The notes beneath the pieces are model-generated. The model was not told the DNA's origin. It was given only the letters and a program-made list of their open reading frames with translations, and did not search any database. A stretch of DNA of 64,000 nt from Prorocentrum cordatum (taxonomy: Eukaryota), in NCBI GenBank assembly GCA_963575745.1, contig CAUYUJ010000003.1, positions 124,001 through 188,000 on the forward strand, read 5' to 3'. The stretch's first letter is position 1. Each line of letters opens with the position of its first letter. Both the position numbers and the translations under genes were made by a program. Below, piece by piece: positions 36,129 through 48,779 of this stretch.

Positions 36129-39100
36129 GTTGGGGCCTTCTTGGGTATTTCTTGCGCCCTATTGGTGCTTTCTAAGAGGGCCCGGAATCTAAAACTTGAT
36201 ACAATACGCTCTCCAATGAGGAGGCGGTTTGTGTTAACTATGCGTTGCATTATTGGCCTTCTTGGAAGCCTTCTTGGGGCTTCAGAGGGCTCTGAGAGGG
36301 CCCAGGAGGGCCCCAAGATGGCTCCAAGAGGACCCAGAGTTTAACGCGAGACGCTCTCAAACAAGGAGGCGGTTTGTGTTAAACGTGTGTTGAATTCTTG
36401 GCCTTCTCGGACGCCTCTTAAGGGCCGTCAGGGGGCTCCCGCAGGGCCTCAAGAGACCCAGGAGGGCCCCGCGGGGGCTCCAAGACGGCTCCACGAGGGC
36501 CCGACATTCCACACCAGCACCAGCACCACGGGCAGCCCAGGCAGCACCAGCAACATCGACGCCAGAACCAGCAACGTCTGTAGCAACAACAGCGAGAGAG
36601 AGAGGCAGCAACGGAAAGCTGATTCCAAGATGGACGGACCCAGGAGGGTTTTGAAAGGATCACGAGATTACCCCTGTCACCCCAAGATGCCCACCCCTGC
36701 TAAGCAATGGCCCCAATATGACCCCAGAGCGACCCTGCGGCCCCAAAAGAACACCGAGACGAACCCATTGTCTTCCGACTGAGCTAAGGCTACCGCGTGA
36801 CCCCGATGTTAGGTGACCCCGGGACGACTCCATGAGCCCGAGACGACTTCGAGATTGCCCCAAGATGACCCCTTCAAACCCTAGTTGACGACCCCAAGAT
36901 TGTGTCAATATGGCTCTGTGACTCCGACACGTTTCTTAATCTGCTCTTGCTCTTGGCTTGGGCCGATAGACGGATGGGGGTGCTGGCCCTCCGCCCCCTC
37001 ATCGTCGTTTTATTCCTCCTCCCCCTCGTCTACGTCGCCCTCGTCGTCGTCGTCGTCGCTGTCCGCTTGGCCCCCTGGGCCCATACAGAACAAAAAACCG
37101 AATCCCGAACACACACCGAATCCATCTATTCTCTGATAATGTTTATGATGGTATGTAGGATCGTACCGATGATGCTGCTAAGTCTATTGCGTAGGATGCG
37201 TTTCATGATATCTGCTTGGGTATTGGTCAGGATGAAGCTTAGGAGCTGTTTATTATAATATTGAATATGTTGCTTCTGATGTTGTCACGGGTATTGATTG
37301 CGATAACGTGATGCGATTGCTTCGGATATTGTCTCGGGTAGTGTCTGTTGACCATTGGAGGGGGAATTGTCGAGACTAGTGTTTAGGATATTGGTGATAA
37401 TTTTGGTTGGGGGGATACTTAGGATAATGGTTGGGATATATCCTTGCGAATTACATATGTGCAGGTGATGACATGTGCACAAGATGACATGCACACTTGC
37501 GCACGATAGCGCGTCCACCCATAATGGCGGGCACTGAAAGGCCAAACTGAGATTCGCTGACAAATCCTCCAGACTGAATGTTCGGCAACAGGGGGCAACT
37601 TCACTTTCGATCACTGATGTCGCTCGTCGTGTAATCCCCATTGGGACACAAGAAGGCCATCACCACCACTCCAGGGGACACAGAAATCCCAAACGGGATA
37701 CAGAAATCCCCACGTGGGCACATAAAGTATCCGTCGCGGCCTCAACAGGCCCCGCGAGTAGCCCGCAGCGGTCTCAACAGCCCGGCACCGCCTCTGGCGG
37801 CGCCCGTGGACCGCTGGGCGCCCCGTGGTTGGAGTGTTGGGACCGCCCCGGGCTACTCGGGGGGGCTGCCGGGAAGAGCTGGGGCAGACTGGGGGGTTGC
37901 TGTCTGCGCTCGCACTTCCAAATGACCCTCCGAGCCTGCCGAGGAAAACCACACAGAAGGGAGGCCCCAGAGCAGACCCCAGAGGAAGTCGCCCAACAGA
38001 CATCTTGACAATCATGCAGCGCCGCTGCCGTGCCACGCAGCAGCGTAGCCTTCCCAGGAACGATGGCGGGCGTGAGTTGTAGCGCAATTCTGCGACATAT
38101 GCGACCATCTGCATGAGGCATCACGATCTCTTCCGGGTGTAGATCAAACATATCCAGATCGTCTGTGCATCTTGCCACGCGTGAATCTAGCGCCTAGATG
38201 TCCACCCGCGCGTTTGTTGCTTTGCGGCAGGTGCATGGCAATTAATTATGCCGATGTGCGCGTTGATACTGCCATTCCCCATCCAGATCGTCACTGCCGA
38301 GCTTACATGTGTACATGCCCTCGAATTGCCACGCATGACACGTGCACACAGTATCACAGAAGCGTGTGCATCGTCGTGGCGCGCATCAGATGTGACACAC
38401 TTAAGCAAGCTTCCATCCCACATGTACGGATATACACATCTGCAGGCAAATGTTCGTATGCACTTATTTCCAGGGAGCCGTACAACCCCCTGGCGAGGAA
38501 GCTGCAACAATAAAGGCTCGCATTATCGCGTGGACTTTTCTGATCCGCGCTGGACCCCTCCCTGGCGCATGGAGCGTGTCCAAGGCGGCGCCAGAAGCCC
38601 CGCCAACGGGGTCCAGCGCCGACCCGAGAAATCTGCGCGGACCTCCGAAACATGTATGTTTTTGCGCAGAAGCTGTCTTTGCTTTGATCAAATGTCCCCT
38701 CAAGTCTAGCCGATCATGAAACGGCACATTCTCGGCGATCGACGTTCGAATGGGGGTTGGTGCAGGGCCCCATAATGGGATCAGGGCGTGAGCAAGGGCA
38801 TGAAAGAAAGAAGGATCGCCTACGGCGAGTCCGTGCCGTGACGCCCCTGGCGTTGGTCTCTGGCACCGCGTGGATCGCTCAACCTTCGGCACATCGATCG
38901 CCAGATCCTTCTATGTTAACGTTGGAAGATCCTGGGCTCCTGGCGGCGTTCAACCTGGAGCGCCCGCGGCGGGGCCGCTGCCGCGTCGTAACGACACGAA
39001 CATGACGTACTGGAGGCCTCCCAGATGGGGTCCGAGTAGATGGGGTCGGAGGTTCGCGCAGCATCGACGATACACCAGCGATGCATCGGCGATGCATTGC

Positions 39101-42100
39101 CGATACATCGGCGACGTCGGCGGCGCATCGGTGAAGCCAGCGCGGATAAAATGGGGCTCCACATCGAGCCGCATCGCCGATGCATCGGCGATTTGGCGCG
39201 ATCCTCCGACCCCATGCGTGGTCCGTCGCCGCGCGGTCCGTCACCGCACGGTTTTGGAGCTCGGAGGCCCCAATCGCCCGAGACACCCTCGAAGAACGAC
39301 CCGAGCCCCAAAACCGTGCGTGGACCGGGACTCCCCACCGAATCACCACGCGGTGTGGCCACCACACCGTTTGGGGGTCCCCGACGTACACCCGTGGCCC
39401 CAAGGGCCTGCAGAACAGCGGCACAGGCAGCTGCGCGGCGAGGGGCGCGACGGCCAGCAGGCCGCCACCCAGCCGCCGAAGGACCTTGGCGGCGGCGGCC
39501 GCCGCCGCGTCCCCGGGGAGCGCCGCGGGCGCGCAGCCGCGGAAGCCGGCCTGTGGGCAGCCACCGGCCTACCCAGCCTCGATCTTATCCCTATCCCCAA
39601 GACTGACAAGCCCAAATAAGATGACAGACTTGGGAATGCGCCCTCAGAAACTGAGGAAATCCTCGAGATCGGCACCGAGATCAGGCGAAGCGAATCATGG
39701 GGATAAATATATTTTCCAGGCTGGCAAGGACGGAATCCATATCCGTATCCACGGCCTCGCGGGCCGGGGCCCCTGGGCCGAATGGATGCGGGGCGTTCTT
39801 TTTGCGGACGCTCCGTGCGCAACGTATATCCGTGCGACCGCACGTCCACGGGGTCGCGTCCCGGAAGCCAGACCGCGAGGGCGTGGATATGGATACGCTC
39901 GACGCTGGCGAGGCAGGGGGGCGCCCTTGACGCGTCTTCGATGGCCACGTCGAGGGGCGCGACGGTCAGCACACCGCCGCCCAGCCGCCCGAGGAGCTTG
40001 GCGGCGGCGGCCGCTGCCGCGTCCTCGGGGGGCGCTGCGGGCACTCGGCCGCACCACGGGCACGCGCAAAACTTTCGGCAATGCGCGCGGATCTCTCGGC
40101 TCGGCGCTGGGTCCCTCTGGCGACGCCCGCGGCGCCGTCCCCGGCGAGCTCCGCGCGCAAGGGAAAGGGGGTCCAGCGCGGATCCAAGAGACCCGTGCGG
40201 AGTACCGAACGTTTGCGGATGTTCAATTTTTCCTCCTGCGTGCCTCAGGGCAGGGGCCGCTGGCGCGCCGGCTTGCGCTCGCGCCCTCCTCGGGAGCTTT
40301 ACGGGGAGGCGTTCGAGATGAGGGACTGGACCGCTTCTGATAGGAGAGGGGCCCTGGATTTCGTGCCTCGCCCTCGCATGCAGCAGGATTGGGAGGTTGA
40401 ACTTGCAAGAGAGCATCTGAAGCCCACTGTGTCCCATCCGACTACCCCAACAATTAGTCATCTTCCGTTTTCCCTCGATACACACTTCCGAGGCCGCACG
40501 GACCACACGAGTGTTCCCCCTCAAAATGGCTCCCAAGACACCCAACATGACCTCAAGAGGCCCCCACGAAGCCCCCAGAGGGCCCACTAAAGACCCTGGG
40601 AGCTTTGAACAACTCCACGAAATAAACCCTCATGCCTCCAATGCCCCCCCACCCAGAAACCCGGCAACAGACACGGAGGATGAGGACGAATCAGTAAAAA
40701 CTACACTCGCACTAGAAACAACAACACACACGACATCGGAAACTGCCCATCCGTTCTCCGATCTTATCATGTTGGTCTACATGTTGACCATCCAGAATTG
40801 TGTACAACGCGAAATGTGCTGATGCGCAACGCACTTCATTGCAATGCACGTGATGCGAAAGCTTGTTACCACTTCAATGCTCCCCGCCGTGCAAAATATC
40901 ACCCGCTCCCTGTACGTGCTATAGTCATTGCGTGTATCATGTTGCTTATGCACCACGTCTGCTATGCATGCCACTACTTGTGTGTATGCGCGCACGCTTT
41001 TGTCATCTACAAATGTGCACGACCCATGCACATGTGAATATCACAGAACCGTCTTAGCGTACAATTGATGCTGTGCATAGAATTCATGTATTCGTTGTAG
41101 TGCTTGCGCGCAGAAGTTTTGACACAATATGTAGTTGGTGTGGCTACATTATTGCGCATGCGCACCGCAATGCCTGCGAGCACCATCGTACCGCGATGCA
41201 TCAGCCAGCGCTCGTGGGGTGCGACGCACACATACACACACACGCACACACGCCTACACACACACGCACACACACACACACACACGTGCATCAGAGCACC
41301 TGTACGCGTAACAGCTGATGTTCTAACACCAACAACCCACTACGATGAATACTGTGTGGGGCCCACAAATATTATTTAACACCTCTTTTTTCCTGTCAAC
41401 ACCGCAGGCTCCAACGCAAGCGCATGTGTATACAGTTTGAGTGCCATTCGTTCATTGGCAAGCACACAGACGTTTCCCGAAGACGAGCTTCTGGATTTTC
41501 GGTTTGCTTGTCAGATTGCGTGCAACACTCGCTGTGCATGCGCGATAGCACAAACGCGGTTGCTTTGTCCAAAGTGAAAAGAGACATATGGAATTGACGG
41601 AACCGCATTACGTGTCCGGACCCCATTTTCCGCTAGAGCAAAATGCGGCATTTCTTATATGACCATGTTGTGTAGCGGTTGCATTTGAATCTTGCGTACA
41701 CGCACATCCCTTCCATCTCTCTTACGTTTGATCATGTCATCGCGTATAGCATCTCGTCCGGGACGTCACTTTCCATCCTGCACGCAATAAAAAAAAACCC
41801 ACCATAAACTGTGCACTGGTCCGAAGGCTCCACTGTGGGTCATATTCGAACGGTTTTGAGCGACATTGGGAAGGCTTCGAAGATCTTTTCTGTTGTGTCG
41901 AAATTGGGGCATCAACATTGGTCCGTAGCTAACGTTGCCGAATCGGAAGCTGCGCTTTATCTCGGATGTCGATCCTTCCGCCTTACTGCGCCAGTTGGCT
42001 TTATGTTCGCGTGCTAGTATAAACTATCGCAGCTGGTCAACTAACTGTCTGATTATTCCACCCATCACCGAAGCACTGTACGATGCTCGGTTCTTGCCAT

Positions 42101-44534
42101 AACTCTGATAGATATGCAACACGCTTGTTTGCTAGGGTAAAAAGGGGCATACTTGTCAACCCTCGTGGATACACACCAACGCTTACAGTAAACGTCGGTA
42201 GATAGTTGTGTAAACTTTGAGAGACGGGGTGTCATCCTCCTTCTCATGAGCTGCGGCCTCATATACTCTCATGGCAGGCAGGCGCAATCCCGGTGTCGAC
42301 GTCGTCGTCGGCGTCGTCGCCGCCGTCGTCGTCGCGGTCGCGGGTGGGGAAGGGGAAAGAGGGAGAGAAGGTGAATGGAGGGAAGCAGGCAGGTAGGGAA
42401 TAACAGAAGCAGACAGGCGTGAGAGGCACATAGGGAGAGGGCGGGAAATGGAGAGAGGGATGGATCAACGGATGAGTCGGGGTTCATCCTCTTTCTTTTT
42501 CCTTCGTTTCTTGATGCCTTTTCTCCTCCTCCTCCTACTCTTCCTCCTCTTCCTGCTCTTCCTCCTCTTCCTCTTCTTCCTATTCCTCCTCTTCCTCCTC
42601 TTCCTCATCCTCCCTCCTCGTCATCTTCCTCCTCCTCCCTCTCCTCATCCTCCTCCTCGTTATCCTCGCCTGCGTGCTCTGCCTCCGCGCTCCTCCTCCC
42701 CTCCTCGCCCTCTTCTTCCTCTTTCGACTGAGAACATGCTTGTCGCTGCCTGTCGACCTGCGAGAAGCTGCAAAACGCGCAGAAAATGCCCAATTGAATC
42801 ATTCGAAAACAACCTTGGGGATGGGAAGTGAGGAGGTGGAGCTTGGAAATGAAATAGCAATGTCACCTGGATCGTGGGCCAAAAACTTGTAGGTTGTTCG
42901 ATGGGATGCTGACGGAAGCCGTGCGGGGGCCTCGTGGGGGCCGTTTCTAAACCTCCTGGGGGCCTCCTGGGGCGAAAGATTCGAAATTTCGGTTCATGAT
43001 CCCTCTCTGGAGTTCATCTCGGGGCCGTGTTGAAGGCCTCGGAGGCCGTCCCGAATGCCCCTGGGGCCGTCAAGGAGCGCTGTTCAGCCGTCCCGGGGCC
43101 CTCCTGGGCACCTCTGGGCCCGTCCTGAGGCGGTGTTGAAGGCCTTTTGGGCCGCCGTGGATTGTCGGGAGCTTGAAGAGTGGAGGAGCCCAATAACAAA
43201 GAAGAACCAAAGGGAAATCAAGTCTTGATGCTCTTCGGGGCACTGGTCTGGGGCCTCGGGCGCCATCTGGAGCCTGCCCGGGGCCGTCCTGGCGCCTTCT
43301 TGAAGCCTCTGGGGAACTTCATGAAGCGAGAGACTCGAAATTTCGGTTCATGCCTCCCTCTGGAAACCATCTTGGGGCCGTCTTGAGAGCCTCGTGGGCC
43401 GTCTTGGGCGCCCCTGGGGGCGTCATGGAGCCTTGCTAGGCTGTCCAGGGGCCTTCCTGGGGGCCGCTGGGCCCGTCCGGAGCGGTGTCGGAAGCCTCGT
43501 GGGGCGTCGTGGAGTGTCAGAGTGTCGAGAAAGAGAGGGCACCGAAAACATTGAAAAACCGAGGCGAAGCAATGATTTTTGCTTTTCGGTGCGCTCGTCT
43601 GGAGCCTCGGGCGCCCTCTGAAGCTTGCCCAGGGGCCCAGGGCCGTCCTGGCGCAGCCTGGAAGCCTCCCGTAGCCGTTCGGAAAGCATCCTCGGTGCTC
43701 TCGGGGTGTGATAAGCCCAATCTGGTAGACTGTCGTACCAACGTGTGGGCTCTCTGTGCGACCACGAGGCCTCTTCGGGAACCGCGAGGGCGCCCCCGGA
43801 GCGCTGTGGCACCCATGTGTGCCTGGGGTCGTGGTCCCTGGCCCGCCCGAAGCCTACTCAGATTTCTATGTATGAATGCGTGTATATATACATTCATGTC
43901 GAACGTCTTCGGCTTCTCGACTTAAAGCTGCTTTGTCCCGAGTGGGGCGTTCAATGTTTGTACAACAAGTTGTCATGCTTACTGCATGCGCATGCATGGT
44001 ATGTTCGACCTCCTCTCGTTTAGGGTTCTCGCTTGCCTTTCAATGTCCGAATGTCGTTTGTGTGGTTTGCATTGTTCGTTATTATCATGCTCTCCAGATG
44101 TATTACCCCCTCCCCGTCTCGTATTCTTCGACCCAGGTTCCTGCTATCCTGTTGCAAGTTGGGGGATTCAGAATATGGCGGCTGATAGATTGACGATTAT
44201 TGCGTCGCCGGTGTGTTATCGATGACTGCGTACGTAAGTGCTTGTTCTACCCAAAGTGCCGCCCCCAAGTTTGCAACCTGGCGACAGTCTCCCACGTTGA
44301 TGCTTGCGGGTGACTGCCGAAGCGCGTTTAACAAATCCGCCGACCCTGTCGGCGTGTGGACGACGTATCCTCGTCATCTTGCGTGGGTCGCCGTCGCCCA
44401 CGAGATCGTCACGTCGGCTCCAAGAGGGGTGGTCGGCTCCCCTCGGGGGAGGGGAGCTGCCCACGACACCGCCACGTCGGTTCCAAAAGGGGGCGTGGTC
44501 GACTCTCCCCGGGCGAGTGGAGCGGCCGCGCCCC

Positions 44535-44975
44535 GGGGGGGAAGCCAATCTGCTCCCCCCTGGACACGGGAGGGGGAGCCAATCTGAGCAACGTCGTAGC
44601 TTACTCGAAAGGAAGCCCCTTCCCTTTCATCACTTCCCCCCGAAGGGGGAGGTGCGGGGGGGGGGGTCGCACCCGGATGCGCGGAAGGGGGGGTGGGGCA
44701 CCCGGGCGGCTCCCTTCGGGGGAGGGGAGCGGCCGCGACGCGGAGGGGAGCGGTCGCGACACGGGGGGGAAGCCAATCTGAGCAACGTTGTAGCTTACTC
44801 GAAGGGAACCAAGCCCCTTCCCTCCTATCCCTTCCCCCGAGGGGGGGGGGGCGAGGGGGGGGTCCCACCCGGATGCCCGTGGGGGAAGGGCACCCAGGCG
44901 GCTCCCTTCGGGGGGGGGGGTGCGGCCGCGACGCGGAGGGGAAGCCAATCTGAGCAACGTCGGTGTTTACTCGAA
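44535..44975 (+). repeat. Tandem G-rich repeat, ~170-190-bp unit
   Basis: agccaatctgagcaacgt...ttactcgaa at ~44577, 44771 and 44943. Confidence 0.85.
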
Positions 44976-46039
44976 GGGGGGGGGTCCCAGAAGGGGGTCC
45001 CAGGGGGGTCCCGGGTCAGAATACCACCCTCCCGGGGCTCATGGCCCGCCCTATGCCGCGAAGCCTCCAGGCGGCACCGGCCGGAAGGCCTTAGCAGTAC
45101 GTCCCTGGATGTTCGCTCATATCGTCCAAATACCCTCGCCCTGCTCTGGCTGCATACACACAAGTCGTCACAATCAAAAAGTGTACGAGCAGAATCCAAT
45201 AACCCTGCTTTGACCATTTGCCATTTACTGCTCGCGGCGGCCAAGCGAAGTAGCCACAGCAGTCAACGCGAACCAGAGCATTGCGAACAACACATCTGCG
45301 GCTTCAAATAGGAAACCAACTCAATAATCTCATATATGTATGCCAAGCTCCCATGCAGCACAGGATGGTTTCAAGATCTTGTGGGAAACATAAAATGATG
45401 ATTGTACCAGCTCGAGGAAGACTGGACACATGCATGTGGAATAATGTGCAAACGGTACGAATCGCATACGAAATGATGGCTGCGTCACAGAAGTCTCAAC
45501 GATTTGAAGACTTGAAGGTGTCATGCACTAAACCAATCAGGATACAATTGAATTGCTTTCCCAATGGTCTCGTTATTTACTTGCTAGTGGGGTGTCTCGC
45601 AGCAGGGGAATGTACCGTCCTGAGCACACAATGGTGCTCAATTGGATTCGTCTGGCCCCTTGGAACTGTTAGGATCCCAAGAACAGCCGTAGCCACATCC
45701 CGAATGTCTCACCCACCATAAAAGTAAGACCCTGGATTCTGAAGTTAAAAAAGCAAACCTCTGTCTGTGCACGCGTATGTTTGTTGTTTTGTTTTTTTTT
45801 GAATCTGCTCTGGCTGACCCGGCGGTCTCCGTAGACTGCGTCGTTCGCTCCTGCTGCTGCCGTGCTGCCGCTTGCCGTTGCTTCTCCTGTTCCTCTCCCT
45901 GTCCTCTGCGTTGTTCTTGCGTTTTTTTGATTTGTGTCTCCTCTCCTGTTCCTCACCTGTCCTGTTCCTCTCCTCTCCTGTTCCTCTCCTCTCCCCTTCC
46001 TGCTCCTCTCCTCTCCCTCTCATTTCTCAGTTTCCATGC

Positions 46040-48620
46040 CGACCAGGTTCTGTGACCACTAGTGAGCAGCCGAGCTCAGGTCACCCTCAGCGGGCAAAAG
46101 GCGTGTTAGGCTGGCGCTTCAGCGCGATCCAGCGACTCAGAACTCGCGTTCGTCCCATGGAGCCGCGGGATCCTTAAAAACAAGGGGGCCTCGGTGGGCC
46201 CGCCTGGCGTCCTCTTTCTGGGCCTTGGCAGCCTCCAGGGACCTCTGGATACGGTCAGCATATTCATTAAATTCCGAGGGGATGAAACCAAACCTCGCAC
46301 ACACCTGCCGGGTCGCCGCCTTCCACCCGTACTCAGACTCAGCAGGAGGTGCGATGGACGTGCCTCTCAGGCCGAGGCAGGCTGCTGTCGCCAGCCGCGA
46401 GGCGTCGGGGATCTCGTTGGGCCGATTGTCCGATTGTCCAGCCCTTATATTGGGGGGCCCAACCAGAGACAGTGCCTTCCGACGCTCGCTTCCGCTGGCG
46501 TCGGAGGGCAGGGGTTGAGGAGGAAGGCCGACACTCCTGGCAGAGGCTCTTGATCCCGCCCCAAGCGTTGGCACCGCAACTGGTACAGAAAATAAACGTG
46601 GACCCCCTTGCGACGGGAAACCCATCTGGGCCACACGCACGGGCAATGGACAGGGCGTGCTTGGTGATGCTCATCTGCAGGGCCAGCTCAGGAATCACAT
46701 CCGCCGAGAGGAACGCATCCGTGGCAACACGGGGCCAAAGAGGCACCGCCTGCAAAGCAGGGTCGACCACCTCGTCTCGGCGGGCAGCCTTGGCCTCCAA
46801 CCTCTGGGCCTTGTCTGGCAGCGGGGCGAAATCTCGGGTGCCTCCGTCGGCCATGAGCACGTCCTGCACTTCCGCCTATCGAATGATCTGGCCAACCATG
46901 TGACTCAACGCTTGGATCTGGCGACGAGCAGCACAGGTGTCGGGATGTAGGGCAGCTCCGTTTTTGGCCAGCTCGTGAGCTCTATCAGGGCCTAGCTTGT
47001 CAAACTGGGTGGCGCGACCTGCATCGACGTCTCCCCAGGAGCAGTGAGCCTTTACTTTAGTCACTGTCGGCGGCCCCGCATCGTACACATGATGAATCCT
47101 GCTCCTCAAGTGTGCACTTCGCGAGCCAACGGCGACGGAGCCGACGGGGTCGAGGAGGCATCCGGTCGTGCCAACGCAATCTATGAAATATTGGTGCTCA
47201 CTCAGCAGATCTACGCATCCTGTCGCCGCCATGAAAACTGCGTAATCTACTCCGTCTCGCGCCATCTGGAAGGGCCCTGCCTCGTACGCAACCGCCCCGA
47301 AACACCCCGCAACGAAACCCCTCTGTCGTCGTTCACCTGGGCGAGGCCCCAACCAACTCGCGAGAGGCGGGGTTCACTAGGGTCTCTGGCCGACCCGTCC
47401 GAGAAGATGTTCCCCGACAGGCAGCCTGACGCTGGCCTGTTGACCCACGCGACGTGGGCTTGGGGGTCACGAAGTGGAGGGGGGGCGAGCTCGAGAGGGA
47501 GCGGGAAAATGCCTGCTGCAGCCTTGTCGAGGTCCTGACCCCAGGATTCAAGGCGCGTGGCGACCTGCCTGGCGGCAGGGTCCAGAGCCGACCTTCGTTC
47601 AACCTCGAACGCATCGCAGCAGAACCTGCGATGGAACAGGATGCCTGGCGCAATCTGGCACAACAGGCACTGGGGGGAGCTGGCCAACTTGTGGGCATGC
47701 ATCCGAGACTGGGCCCTGGCACTGCGAGACGAGACTCCTGACCGCCTCTTGGTGGTGAGGAGTCCACGGCTTTTTGCATGGGCCTTCTATGGCCTGCCGA
47801 AGCGGGGTCCAGAAAAGGGCCCTAAACCACACCTTGGAAGAGGTCCTGGAAGGAAGTGCCTGGACATCCGAAACCTGGGCGGCCGCCACTCGGGAAATGA
47901 CGCAAACCTGCTTGGGCGCCAAAGCTAATACATCGAGTCGTTCTCCGCGCCTGCCTTGGCATCTAGCACCTGCCAACCCAGGGCCCTGATAGATAAAACA
48001 TACAAGTGAGCAGGGGAACGCGCCACCCTCCAGGCAAACCTTGCAGCTTGGAGCTCTTCCAGGGCACCCGAGAGGACCTTCTGGAGATCCAGAGTGGGGC
48101 GTCCATCCCAGAAGGCCTGGGTCCAAAATCAAATCACCCGACTATGGTACCAAACCATGGGGTCCATCCTGAGACCCGCGGCCGTGGAATGGAGGCGGAG
48201 CCCCAGAGAGGCCGTGCCTTTCTGCTTGCACAGGTGCCCCCCCAAAGAGCCGTCGCTAGAGGTCCAGCTCGGTGCACCCGGTGAACAACCGCAGTTCCTC
48301 TCAGGCGCCTAAGTCTCCAGCTCCACCTAGCTCCCTTCAACAACCGTGCACGGCATGTGGGGTTGCGCCGTCGTCTCCCGCACGTTGCATCTGAACCCAA
48401 GCTTTTAACAACCCACTTCCTGGAGAAACGGGGCCCCTGCCAACGCTGTGAAAGACCCTTGGCTAGACGGACCGAGGACGCGATGAACTGGGTCTTGTGA
48501 TCTGCCAAAACGAGCGCGAGACGTTGATATCCCGCTGCCATTTTTGTCCTACATCCCCCAGTTCCTTGATGACGGACGCCTCGGATCCCAGGGCTTGGGC
48601 GTCTCTCCTCTTCTTCTCCT
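46040..48620 (-). mobile_element. 5'-truncated LINE with RNase H domain
   Basis: RT thumb (KTQFIASS, VKSLGSD...GRRR, ALWG), Cys motif CLLCQ...HRRFCC, RNase H IFSDGSA..GWG, VTKVKAH, G.DRAHELAKNGA, terminal FCTSCGA...LCQEC; frameshifted. Confidence 0.85.
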
Positions 48621-48779
48621 CCCCCGCTCCTGTCCGTTCAGAGGCGCTTCCCTTTCTTGAAGCAGTGCTCCGGAGGAGGCCCGATCCTCGCGATCACGAT
48701 GGCGAGTCTTTTCAGCTAGAACAACGCAGCAGAGTCGCCACCGTGCCTATGTATATATATATATATAAAACCAATAAGA

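Noticed and set aside
39180..40587. Overlapping 386/414-aa ORFs
   Set aside because: Arise from GC-rich nested repeats; no domain signal
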